Origin: Cycas panzhihuaensis
Taxonomy: Eukaryota; Plantae; Cycadophyta
Assembly: GCA_023213395.1 (NCBI GenBank)
Contig: CM041465.1
Span: 224,943,741-225,007,740, forward strand
DNA: 64,000 nt
Reading direction: 5' to 3'
Part shown: piece by piece, positions 13,101-26,600 of the stretch
Numbering within the stretch: the first letter of the stretch is position 1
Layout of the letters: every line of letters starts with the position of its first letter
Made by a program: the position numbers and the translations under genes
Notes under the pieces: generated by a model
What the model saw: the letters and a program-made list of their open reading frames with translations, nothing else
What the model was told of the DNA's origin: nothing
The model's database searches: none

Positions 13101-15714
13101 CTCCATATATTTCGTCTAGCAAATCATCTATCTATGGAATGGAATATCTATTCTTGATAGTTAGCTCGTTTAATCCTCGATAATCCACACGTATGTGGTA
13201 AGAGCCATCCTTCTTATGAATTAATATGACTAGCAATGAGAATGAGTTAGTGTTATTCGTAATGCATCTTGTTGTAGAAGTTCCTTGGTTATCTATTCAA
13301 TTTCCCTTTTCAGTTAGTACGGGTGACAATAGGGGCAAATATTCATCAAGGCATTTCCTGGAATTAACTTAGTGGCATGATGGCATCCTTGATTTGGGGG
13401 TAACCCTAGTGGTGGTTTGTCAAATACTGAGTTATATTGATCTATGATTTCCCGTACCTCTACTGGGACATCTTCCATTGCGATTTTGTAACAGGTCATT
13501 ATATATGCAGATGGGTTGTTCTTTAAGATTTTCTCCATGCCTTGAGATGTCACTAGTTGGGTTGGCAGTGTGCAGGGAGCCTGCAGCATATATCATGCCC
13601 TTTTTGGCAAAAACTCATAATCGAGTCCTATAATTGGTGACTATATTTCCTAGAGTTTTTAGTCATTGCACTCCTAATACAACATCCACTCCTCCTATTG
13701 GTATTGTGAACATGCAGGTGGTCACTGAATAGTCTTTGATCTAGACACTTACCTTTTGACAATATCTTCGACATGCCATTGTCTTTCTGTTAGCAATAGT
13801 GACTTGGAAGGCATTGAGCACTTCAATAGGTATCCCCAATTTCTTTGTAGTTGGTCTATTGATAAAGTTGTGGGTGCACTCGCTGTCAACTAGAACAGCG
13901 ACTAATGCTCCCTTGATCATCCCTTGAAAACGTAGGGTTTGAGGAGTGTTAATTTATCCCATAATAGCCTGTAGGGATATCTGTACATTCTCTATGTCCA
14001 TATCCAAGAGCTCTTCCATTTCAGCTACATCGTTTTCTTCTGGAAGCTTTCCTTCTTCTTCTTGGTCTTCTTTTGGAACGATCATGTTTTTGTTATTGAT
14101 CATGAATACTTTCTTTGATGGACATTGATGTTCCTTATTCCATTTTCCCCTACATTTAAAACATGTTCCCCATTTTAGATGTTCTTCTCTTGTTACTTTG
14201 TTCATGTCACTAGCACCCTTCTCTGCCAATGGTGGATCCATCTTTGTTCCTAACCTATTCCAATTAGGTTGGAAACTAGGGCTAGGCTCGCTACGTCGAC
14301 TATAAGTGGGTCGTTGCTCTTTGTACTATGCTTCAATGTTCTTGGCCATCTGGATAGCTTCCCTTACATTTGTAGCTCCTATTGTTTTTATTCAATATTT
14401 GATATTACCCTTAAGTCCTTTGATGTAAGTTTGGGTAATGAGTTCCCCTGGTATGTTCTATGTGACTAGACTTTGTAAGGCCTAGAATTGTTCAGTGTAG
14501 GCTTGAACTGACCCTGTTTGTTGTAATCAGGTCAGTTGAGAAAAGCAATTAGTGTTCCAAGTGTCCTTGTATTGCTCGATAAGGCTCGTTTTTAGGAAAT
14601 GCCAATCGTTCTCATTGCCTGTCTACAAGTTCTTTTTCACCGATGGAACCATTGAAGCGCCTTGCCACATAGATGGAGAGATGCTATTAAGACCTTCTCT
14701 TGATTGGGTAGGGTATATGCTTGGAAATATGTTTCCATCTGAAATATCTGACTACGAATATCCCTTGATTTATCAGGGTCAAATTTTTCTAAAAATATTT
14801 TTATCCTTCTGAGGCCATTTCTTGGTTCAAAATCCTTGTGATTTCTTTGGTTCTTTTGTTTGTAGAATTTCTCTCTAGGCTTCCAACGATCTTCGTATTC
14901 TTGAGATTTATCTTCTCTTGATGTTTCTCCTTCTTCTTTGATCTTGTCCTATTTACGTTGTTTAGCAAGTTTTGGAGGTTCTTTAGGGTATGGTCTAAAC
15001 TTGTCCATCTTTGACACCTTATCATTTAACTTGTCAACACTTTTATCTATATCTTTGGCCACTACTGACGGAGTATTCACCATCTTACTTTGTTGAAGAG
15101 TCCTTCTCGATCTTAATTCCATTTAGAAAAAAGGTAGGATAAAGAAAAGGAAAGGGGAAAAGAAAAATTTTCTCTTGTTTTTCGCTTGATTTTCCTTGCT
15201 ATCAAGAGCAGAGCTTTCCTCGGGATGGCTTTCAAAAACGAGGCTCTAATACTACTTGAGCCGATCCCATGGGGTTTTACACAAAAAGATAGCTAACTAG
15301 CATAGACTATGGCCAAAATATGGAAAGAATGCATACAATTGTCTAAAAATGAATGCAGTGTAATGTACTTCCTGCAATATAAATATATATAATAGACTAA
15401 ATATCAAGTAAAAATATAGTAAATATAATGTACAAAACTTACAAGTAAAGTGTTTTATCCCAAACTTCCTCTTTGAGGCAAGGTGTCCTCCAAAATGAAG
15501 TTCTCTAGGCCGAAAATACAATAGTCCAAAAGTCATTTATGATGCCCTAAGAAGGAGTTGAAGATCCCTTTATATAGGTAGCTCAAAATGTGCTTAAGAA
15601 GCTCGGCCAAAAAGGAACATATAAGTGAGCCAGAACATCCTTTCAAAGTAGGCTAGAAAATATTGTGATTTCTGCTTATTTGAAGTTGGCCAAGCAAAAG
15701 GAAGGAATGTTACA
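10150..15714 (-). mobile_element. Full-length degenerate chromovirus (Ty3/Gypsy, Reina-like) 'B', inserted in the 3' LTR of A
   Basis: LTRs at 10150-10651 and 15257-15714; TSD tgagg/cgagg; decayed PBS gctctaatacta at 15243-15254; PPT at 10652-10664. ORF fragments cover gag, RT/RNase H (12204-12992) and integrase (11337-11917), with a chromodomain relic at ~10700-10850. Confidence 0.93.
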
Positions 15715-15982
15715 CGAGGGTTTTCCTCCCAAGGCACAACAATGCCACAATAGTTTTAAGCCATCTATCCAGATAATCAAATAATATTTTGAAGATGATA
15801 ACAAATGAATAGGACTCCCTTATTTATAGACATTGGTTGAAGCCAAAATATTCTCTCTCTAAAAACCAACTTCTTATTTTGTCTCTTAAAATCGACTTTA
15901 CATGCCTATTTGGCGCTGACTTCATATTAATACATTAGGCACATAACAACTCCCATCCCCTTAAAATACTTAATCCTCAAAG

Positions 15983-18900
15983 TGTTAAACCTTATGTTTA
16001 CATGTTAAGTATATGTACTTTATTTTCATGTAAAGTGCACATCCACATTCTTTCCTAGTGACATAACATTGTCACTTAAGGGTCAAATGATCCTCATGCA
16101 CTTTTTCTCACTTGAGAGCCCAAAAGGACACATGTCCTACATGCAAGGCATGTAGCTTGGATGTTTGACACTTGTCAAACATCCAATGCCTCAAGCCTCT
16201 TCTATCACTCTATATATTGAGACCTCTTTTCATGTTTCTCATATAGAGCTTGAGCTATATTGTTACACTGCCAGTTTGCTAATCAAGCTGATATTCATTT
16301 AGAGATTGGACCAATTCCATCTCCTCCTCATTTTGATAACATCTTTGGCATGCTCTTTCATGTTTCATACTTTTATCTTATTTACTTGATTAAGCTTTCA
16401 TTGTCAAGTGTAGATCTCTTTCATTCTAGAACTAGAGAGGAACTATCTTCTAGATCTTGGGTATTGTAGGCTTAATGCCATTTTCAACATTTGGTATCAA
16501 GGCAGGAGATTTGTCCTCTATGTTTTGATTTCCTCTTTGTTAAGAGATCTAGTAAGGGTTTACAAACCCTTGGTGACGATCTTTGATCTCCGAAGGCGAT
16601 CCAAGGTTTGTTTAGACCTGTTTTCTACAAATTCAAGCTTTTAGAGTAGTTTTGAAGGCTGGAGTAGGATTATTTAAAGATTTGAAATTTTTTCAGACCT
16701 CTATCAAAAGTGTAGCACTCACTGTTTTTCAAAAAACAATGATTCTTTCTATTTTTTTCTTAAAAAATTATTCCTTTTTTCAGAAAAAGGGGGCAGATCT
16801 GAATTATTTAATTACTTTGTGATTGCAAATCAGTCTTCTAATCATTTTCTGTGGTTTATAACTAATTTGCAACCAGTTTACATCAGTTGTCCCTCAGATT
16901 TGAGCAAGTTTATCTTCATTTATTATGAGCTTTCACTAAAAATCTGCATTTCTTAGCTTATTTTCCTCATGGAGCAGGGTGTTGGAACAATTTTGTAGCA
17001 GAATCTATCTCTCAGACAAAAAATATTTGCAATCTAAAGCTCTCTGCAGGGTGTGGACCAATTTCAGGCTTTTTCTTCAATCCTCAAACCCCAGTGAGGT
17101 CATTCAAATCCTTCACTACTATTTGCATTAGCAGAAATTTTGTTGTTTGCAGGTGTCTTAGCACATTGTGGGTCCCACAAAGTCGATTGAGTGACTATTC
17201 ATCACTCTCACAGCTTGTACGGCAGTTGTACCTCCTCCACAATTTGTGCGCCCTCTATATACCTTTCCTACTCTGTTCTCTTTATACACTCAGTGAAATT
17301 TTCTCAAAATTGAGAGATAGCTTTGTCTAGGTGGTACGGCCTTCTATCTAAAGTGGCATTTCGATTCGATCATCCATTTGAAAGATATCATACCCTGTGT
17401 GATCTCAAAGCGCGCGGCCCATGCCGCCAAAACGAAAAACAGATTTCATTTTTTCTTTTCTTTATTTGAAATATTTCAACCTTTACTTTATTAAAATAAC
17501 TTTGGATGATATTAATAAGAATATTCTTGCGAATATTCCTTTTTTAATAAACTTTATATTCCAAAGTTTATCTTTTAAGTGATTTAAATCACTAATTAAG
17601 CACTTTTAATGCCTTTTTCAACCTTTTTCATTATTTTGAGTTTATTAACACTTAAAATTTCTTTTCCACAAGTGCTATTAACTCAAATCAAGTGATTTAA
17701 GTGCTTTTATCTTTGTAATGTGAAAATTTTCACTTTTCTTAAGTGCTTCTTTAAAGCTTCTTTTTATGCCCTAGCATTAAAGGGTCTAATTCACCATTTT
17801 TTTTACTTTTTGAAGTCACTTTAACATCAAAATATTTTATTTGTACTTAGTGACTCATTAAGTGACTGTTTTTAAGTTATTTTTATCATTGTAAAGGCAA
17901 AAAATCACTTAAGTGATTTCATTAGGCTCCCTACGTGGTGACCTACAGTCCTAATCCCAAAAGGGGCTCAAAAATCACTTTTTTTAATAAAAAAATCTCT
18001 CATTTTTGTGGCTGGTTGGGACTAATTTAAGTCCCAACACTTGGTGCATGGTGTCCACATTTTGAAAGTGACTTATTTCTTTTTCAAGTTGAGCATTCTC
18101 CACTAAAAGGAACCCTCTTGGACCTTCATCATAAAGGAGCTTATCTTTATTTCTTGGGTACTTAGCACTTTTTTTTTATCTTTTAAAGTGTTCCTTTTGT
18201 CTCAAAACACTTAATGTGTTACCATCGGTGTACTCATTTATTTACTTGGATATCACTAGCACTTCTTTTTCATTTCTTTAAAGTGCTTTTTGTAAAAACA
18301 CTATAAGTGTCATTTGATGTACTAAGTTTGCTTCCTTTGAAGCCACATTTTGTAAGCTTGTTTATGCACTTTTTTTCAAAAGTACATCATCCAAGTAAAA
18401 CTCATCTTAAGTCAACTTGAACAATCTTTAAAATTACTTTAAAATCTGGTTGGAGAGGTCCGAAAAAGGTTCAAAACTTGCCTCTAAAATAACCTTTAAG
18501 CTTTGTGCATTTCTTAGGGGACCAACCGACCATACAATCAGTGCACGACAATTAAAGTTTTTTGAGGGAAAGGAGGTTCGAAAAGGGTGTTTTTGGAGCT
18601 GTGAATCCCAAGGAAAGCATGATATATCCATGCAAATCAATCCTACCTGCCTTGTCCTAGATTTGCCTTGGTCAACTGTTGGATTTCATCTATAAATCAA
18701 GGTTGGACCAACTCTTTCGCCTAGTCCTCCACCTCTCATCACTCCATTCAATTGTTGGATCTTCTAGTAAGATCATGATTGTTGGTTTGTTAGAAGGTGG
18801 AACCTAAGCGATAAAAGTACTGAGTTTCTAACTCATCTACGAGCTTCAAGTCTTTACAACTTCAACATGGCTGCTCTAAACATGCTTAATGCATGTACCG

Positions 18901-21900
18901 TCAAATTAACAGTTCAAGATAATTATCAAGAGTGGAAGAGGCAAACACAAAACCTCTTAAAAATGAATGAATTTTGGGGTCATGTTTTTGGCAAACTTCC
19001 CCAACCTGCACCTGTAGAACGTGATGGCATTGTTGTTGAACCGGATCCTGTTTATGTTGTTGCTTGGGAGGCCAAGGATGAAATAGCCTTGGCATTTTTA
19101 CATATGATTATTGATGTTCATGTTGATTAGAATATGGTGTGTGCACAAACCTCTAAGGAAGCTTGGGACACTTTGCCCTCTTTGTATGAAAGGTGAGATG
19201 AAGCTCGCATTTTGATGGTGAAAGCAAAATTATATTCTTTGAAATTTATAAAGCCTATGTCGACATTCCTTTCTTCCATCAACGAAATATATAATGAATT
19301 GAATACATTAGGAAAACCATCTTCCAGGGATGAGCTTGTAACAACAATTGTTCAAGCATTACTTAAAGATTATAATGGCTCCATATCATCTACCACAAGA
19401 GATGGCTCACTTTCAAGTATGTCCTTTAATCAACTTGAAAGTTTGTTACTTCAAAAGGAGCAGATTTATGACAAGGAAGATGATGATAAGCCATCCACTT
19501 TAGGAGCATTCACGGCCAAGTTGAAGGCCAAGAAAAATCTCAAACCTTCACTCACAAAACAGTTTGGAAACATGAATATTGGCTCATCAAAGGCCAATGC
19601 CATTTGTCATTATTGTAGCAAGGTTGGCCACATAGCTCCTGATTGCAGAAAGAAGCAAGCCGATCTGTAGCACACATGACAGCAGTAGCCACGTCAGTAG
19701 CACTAGAGGCAATAACAGTTTCGTCAACAGTTCCAACAGCAATAGCACTTTCACCAACAACAACTGTAGCAACCCCCTCGACCAAATTGAGGTGCATATC
19801 GCAGAGGTCGAAAAGGAAGGGGGGGTTTCAAAGGTGGCAATCAACACCACTCTAATCAGTTTGCAGATGAGGATAATCTATTTTGTGCTTATCACAAGTC
19901 AGAGGTTGATCAGACATAGATCATCAACTCGGGGGCATCTCGTCATATGACTAGGAGTGAAGAACTCCTTTATGACATCAAAGAAGGAAAAGGTTGATCG
20001 GTGACCTTTGGCAACAATGAATCAGTTTAGATTTCTAGTATAGGCAAAGTTGCCTCATTTCATTCACCTTCAAATCCTTCTTTCGCATTTCCCAATGGAG
20101 ATGCCTACCTAATCCCTTCTATGGAGAAGAGTTTGTTATCTGTTAGCCAACTGGACAAAGAACAAATAAGCATTTTGTTTAAAAATGGGAAATGTGTCAT
20201 TAGTGACAAGCATGATCAGGTTGTAGCCGTTGGCCATGAAGACCATGGCCTTTATAAGTTGGATGCAAATAATATAATACTTGATTCTGCTTACTCTGTC
20301 ACTCAATCATTGACAAAGATGCAACTTTGGCATCAAAGTCAAGGCCACTTGAGCTTAGACAATATCAAGCTAATGATGAACAAGAACATGGTACATGGGC
20401 TTCCAAAGCTATATGGTTCAAAATGTCTTTGTAAAGCATGTATAATGGGGGCACAACATCGATTGCCTTTTCCTAAAGGCAAAGCATGGCGTGCATCATA
20501 TCCTTTGCAGCTGATCCACTCGGATCTATGTGGACCTATGTCCACGACATCTTTTAGAGGAGCATTGTATTATATCTCCTTCATAGATGATCTCTCACAA
20601 AGTTTGGGTCTATTTCATCAAACAGAAATCGGAAGAATTCCAGAAGTTCAAAGAGTTCAAACTTGAAGTGGAGAATGAATGTAGTCATTCAATCAAAATT
20701 CTAAGGTCAGATAATGGAGGTGAATTCACTTCAAAGGAATTCACCCAATTCTGCAAGGATAACGACATTCGAAGACAACTCACCATTCCTCATACTCCTC
20801 AACAAAACGACGTCTCTGAATGTATGAACAGAACTTTGGCAAACAAAGCCAAAGCTATGATGCATGCAAGAGGACTTACACGAGCATATTGGGCAGAAGC
20901 ATTCCACATAGCTACCTATGTGGCAAATCGAAGTCCTACATTAGCAGTCATCAACATCACAGCTAGGAGGCTTGGTTTGGCAAAAAGCCTACTGTTAGTC
21001 ATTTGAAGACTTTCGGGTGCACTGCTTATATGCACATCCCTAATCAGCAAAGATCTAAGTTAGACAAACATAGTCTAAAATGCATTTTTATAAGCTATGT
21101 TATTTATAGCAAGGCTTACAAGTTTTATAATCCTATTGGAAAGAAAATGCATTTCTCAAGAGATGTAATCTTTGCTGAAAATGAACATAAGGAGTTGGAA
21201 TTAGCATCCATCCAACCTCTTCTTGATAAAGGCAAAAAGATTGTTGAGGCTTTCCTTCCCTCTCAATCTTCCACACCATATACATCATCCACACCAGCTG
21301 GTACATCCATTTCATCAAATTCTGCTCCACTTGATCCTAGTACATCTTCTATTGATCAACCACTTAGACCGGAAGATCTTGAGGTTCAAGTTACATCAAT
21401 CAAAAAGTTGCCTAAATGGTATATTCAGACTGTTCAAGACAACTAGATTATTGAAGGAAAATGTCCATCAAAATATAGGCAGCAAACCAATTATGCACTT
21501 ATAGCTGAAGTGCTTTGTGTTGATGAGCCTTCCACTTTTGAGGAGGCATATGAAAATGACAATTGGAAGGTTGCCATGGATGAAGAAATCCATTCTATTG
21601 AATAGAATAGAACATGGGATTTGGTAGAATTACCTAAGCACAAACATGCAATCAGTTGTAAATGGGTCTACAAGACCAAATTCCATTCTGATGGTACACT
21701 TAAACACCAAAAGGCTCGACTTGTTGTAAAGGGCTTCAAACAAAAGGAAGGCATTGATTATGAGGAGACCTTTGCACCTGTTACAAATATGAATACCATC
21801 ATAATCAACTTGGCCTTAGTTTCTCAATGCAAATGGCCAATTTATCAGATAGACATGAAGAGCACCTTCCTCAATGGCAATCTTCAAGAGGAGGTATATT

Positions 21901-23630
21901 TGGAGCAACGTCCTAGTTACAAAGTACAAGGTAAGGAGCACATAGTTTGTCACCTCAAAAAGGCTTTGTATGGCTTGAAACAAGGCCCATGAGCATGGTA
22001 CTCAAAAATCAATTATTATTTCTTGAGACATGGTTTTCATCAATCCACATTAGATTCTAACTTGTACATCAAAGTTGGGAAAGATCATGTTATTTTTATT
22101 GTCTTGTACATTGATGACTTAGTGATCACTGGTAATGACACTAAGATGATACGGATTCTCCAAGGTGATTTGAAAAGAAGTTTCGAGATAACAGATCTTG
22201 GACTTCTCCAGTATTTTCTAGGCTTTGAGGTATGGCAATAGCCAGACTATATCTTCATTTCCCAAGCAAAGTATGCTTGGGACATTTTGCAGCGATTCAG
22301 GATGCATGACTGCAAACCAGCGCTTACACCCATGGAGAATGGAACGAAGCTGACTCTCAATGAGGAAGTTGAACTTGCAGATCCCACTTTTTTCTGGCAA
22401 CTAATTAGTAGCTTAATCTACCTCACTAACACAAGACTGAATATTTCATTTGTTGTTGGAATTTGCTCCAGATACATGTTTCAACCCAATCTGAAACACT
22501 GAAACGTAGCAAAACGCATACTGAAATACATCAAAGGCACATTGCAGCATGGCCTTCAGTATGCACATAATGAGAACTTCATTTTGGAAGGGTTCTCAGA
22601 CTCTAATTGGGTAGGTTGCTAGGATAGCAGGAGATCAACCTCGGGTTATTACTTTACCCTTGGTTAACGAGTTGTTTCGTGGAGTTGCAAGAAGCAACCT
22701 AATGTTACATTGCCCTCCACAGAAGCAGAGTATAAAGTTGCAGTCAGTGCAGCTTGTGAGGCTATCTGGCTTCGACGGATTCTTAGAGAGCTTGGACTTG
22801 AGTAGGATCACCCCACCAGGATATATTGCGACAATCAGAGAGTGTGCTCAAGTTGGCCAAGAATCCAGTTTTTCATGCGTGGATCAAACACATCAAGGTT
22901 CATCACCACTTCATCAGAGAGCATATGCAAAACGGTGAGATCAACCTCTAGTATAGACCTACAGAGCAGTAGACAACAGATATCTTTACCAAGCCTCTTG
23001 GTAGAGAAAAAATTGTAAAATTTAGAGAAAGTCTAGGGATCTGGCTTAACATTGTAAACAATAAGGGGGGGGGGGTGTTACACCTTATGTTTACATGTTA
23101 AGTATATGTACTTTATTTTCATGTATTATTTATACTTTTGTACTTTATGGGGTGACTTATCACTTAAGTGATAAAGTGCACACCCACATTCTTTTCTAGT
23201 GACATAACATTGTCATTTAAAGGTCAAATGACCCTCATGCACTTTTGCTCACTTGAGAGCCCAAAAGGACACATGTCCTACATGCAAGGCATGTAGCTTG
23301 GATGTTTGATACTTGTCAAATATCCAATGCCTTAGGTCTCTTATGTCACTCTATATATTGAGACCTCTTCTCGTATTTTTCATATAGAGCTTGAGCTATA
23401 TTGTTATATTGTCAATTTGCTAATCAAAATGATATTCATTTGGAGATTGGACCAATTCCATCTCCTCCTCATTTTGGTATCATCTTGCTCATACTCTTTC
23501 ATGTTTCGTGCTTTTATCTTATTTACTTCATTAAGCTTTCATTGTCAAGTGTAGATCTCTTTCATTCTAGAACTAGAGAGGAACTATCTTCTAGATTTTG
23601 GGTATTGTAGGCTTAATGCCATTTTCAACA
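15983..23630 (+). mobile_element. Full-length degenerate Ty1/Copia 'E' with ~2.4-kb 5' leader, inserted in the internal region of A
   Basis: Exact TSD caaag. LTRs at 15983-16489 and 23076-23630; PBS tggtatcaaggc at 16492-16503; G-run PPT before 23076. Confidence 0.95.
18867..23075 (+). pseudogene. Copia gag-pol of E (Gag, CCHC, protease, integrase, RT, RNase H), with stops and frameshifts
   Basis: ORF track shows CHYCSKVGHIAPDC, LIHSDLCGP, LRSDNGGEF, KARLVVKGF, LKKALYGLKQ and LYIDD. Confidence 0.93.
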
Positions 23631-26600
23631 CAAAGTATAAACATTGCATGAGGAATCACTTGGAACCAAATTCCACTTGGTCTTCAGTCTACTAAGGCCT
23701 GTATGTCATAATAATTTTGTTCGCCCTTATGCTATCTTCTAGAAATGCTCGATATGTGACCTATGTATGTGGTTGTTTGTGTTTGGTACTAGATGATTTT
23801 TGTATCCCTTCCTATATGAAAACAATCTTGGGACTTGTGTAATGTTGATAGCACTTGGTTGAAGACTTGTTTTCTATTTGCACATTTTGTCCACGGGCTT
23901 TTGACTTGACTTTGATAGAAGGATTTTGTTGGAATAGGTGAGGAAGAGAGGTGGGGGGTTGCAATTGTTGGGAACATTTTGTGGAAAAGAAATAGGTCAT
24001 GTTTGGAGAACAAGCAATAAGGTGGTATGAATAGTTATGATGGTCGCATAAAATGTATTATTTATAAATACAAAGCATATTGTGGGAAAGATTGGGTAAT
24101 GAGGGAAAGGTGGTTGTTAATGACGTGATTAACAAGCATTTTGTATGTGTGGGAAGAAGGGACATTGGGAATTGAAAGGTACACACCAATGGGAATTTGG
24201 TCTAGTATAGGACACACACAAAGCTAGGGGTTATAATGAGTAATGGATTGGTTGGACAACTAACAATTTTAGGAGATAGGGATTTAATAGGAGATGAATT
24301 TGGGATTAGTGCTAGATGCTCTCTATGGGAAAGGGTTTTTGACTAGGGTTCTAGCATGAGTGTGGAAGAAGACTTAAGGGATGAAACTAGGTGGAAATTG
24401 GGACCTGGATGATGAGACTGAAGTGGGACTAAGATTTCTCCTACCAGGAATTAGGAGTGGGGAAATTTAGATATGGGATATTTTTGGTTATGGGATGGAC
24501 CTTTTAAAGTAATGTGATGATAAAAATCAAGAGGAACAATAAAACTGTTGAAAGATGTGCAAAATAGGATTAGGAACTATGTCAAATACTTTGTTGGATT
24601 TGCTTGGTTGCTTGGACTTTCCTCAGGCTACTCGGGTTCTTCTTCATACCATTCTTGGATTCTTCTATCTGCATTGGATCTACTTTTGTTTACTTGTCAA
24701 TAGGTTCATTCTGCTCTTGCATAAGTTGTTCATCATTTGAATCATAATAGCCGGCAATTTCTTCTTTGGCTTTGGCTTCCTCACAATTGGGCTTTTCTTG
24801 CTCTTTGTCTCATGTTGATTCGTCTTTAATTTCTCTTTTTAGGAACTTATTTTGACAAGATGCCTCTCATTTTATACAACATTTTTGTGTGTAGTTTTTC
24901 AAATTCTCAAGCATTGTTAGGGGCATTGATTGTTAATTCCTAGAGTTTTTCATGTACTTCAAATAGGGGTTTCTCTTTCAAATATTACTCAAAATACCCA
25001 TGCAATAGCTCATTATGAAGCTCTTTGAACTAGGATTCCAATGGTTTCGAAGGCGCTCAATTTGGCAATCATATGTGAAAGTTATGCTCCAAAAAATGAC
25101 AATATATTATGAAGAATTGTACAAGTTAAACACCTTATTAACTTAGCGCTCAACGTGTTGTTGTTCCCATGTAAACGATAGCTAAGACCTAGGGGCTTCG
25201 TGGATATAAAACTCAAATTTGAAGTAATTTAATCAGCCATTAACTTTTGAAAACATAAATTTGCCAAATAATTTTCCTACCAATAGGGTTTTAGCAATGA
25301 TTTTGTCTAAGCATATCTTTCTTGGCATCTGAATCATTTGCCATGTCAGGTGAATTCAATCCAGGACGATGTCTCCTCCTCTTTGCGTGGTATGCATCAT
25401 GTAGAAGGTTGTACTTCTAGATTTGCTTATTTGGATACACACCAATGAACTTCTGCTTCAAAAAGCTCATCTCGTTTGCATGCTTGGCCACATGATCTTA
25501 GAATTTAAATGGGTCGATTGTTTGTTGCCCTAGAACAAAATAATATTTTGATGGTGTCTCACAAATTTAAATCAAACATGTGTTGAGCATTATGCTTACG
25601 TGGTCCTTTACCCAATTCAAATAAATGTTGTGTGAGAAAAACTGCAATGTCCAACTAGGGCAAGTCTCCTACCCTCTGCATCTAAAATCATATGTCTCGA
25701 ATGTGCACAAAGATCGACGTGGGCCTGGTCTTGCAAATGCAATGTGGAGGGTGTACTTTTCCTGTGTGAGCATTTGTCTTTGTCAAAGCCTCGTTGGTTG
25801 GCTTGCCTTCCCAAGAGCAAACCTCTAATCTTCCCATCTTCTCAATATTCAAGGCCTACAAGTTTAATTCACACATGATATTCAAATTAATTTAGGTGCA
25901 ATTTTTAAAGCTACAAAGTGTCTCAAGGGCAAAGGTCTTTAAATGCTCTAGCTCACAAATTGTATCTATGATGTGCCTCTTGAACATCTATTCCTATACT
26001 TCATTAGGTCAGGCTGCCTAATACTTAAATGCGATTTGCCAGTGTATTAAATAAGTTTGTTTGCTCATCTCCCCTTGTCATGATCATGCTTCTTGTTATG
26101 TAAACCTTTGCTTAGGATTGTTGAATATGGTGATTATGCATTGCCAACATTGAATGTGAATACTAAAGAAAATTCATCGGAGTGATATCATATGCACTAA
26201 TGTTAATCTATCAATTTGGTGCTTCCTTTTTTTTTTTGGTTTTTTTAATAGTCAACAACTAGCTTGGGGTGATAAATAGTTCGTCCAAATACAATCAAGT
26301 GCACCTCGCTCTGATACCAGTTGTGTCGTAGCCCACTTTGATAAAGATAAAAATATAGTAACAACTCTGAATTATCAGATGTGCATGTAAAGTAATAGCT
26401 CAAAATATAAAATAATATTAGATTTACAGTAGGAAATGATAAAGTATTAGATGCAAACTCAGAATAATTGCCCTCTTCGAGGTGAGGGTTTCCTCCCAGG
26501 GCACAATAGTGCCAGAATGGCTTTGAGCCATCGATCTAGATAAACAAAAAATATTTCCAAGATGATAACAAATGAATAGGGTTCCTTATTTATAGCCATA

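Noticed and set aside
18580-18640. Group II intron domain V-like gagctgtga...gaaagca
   Set aside because: The required domain V pairing and AGC-triad geometry are not present.
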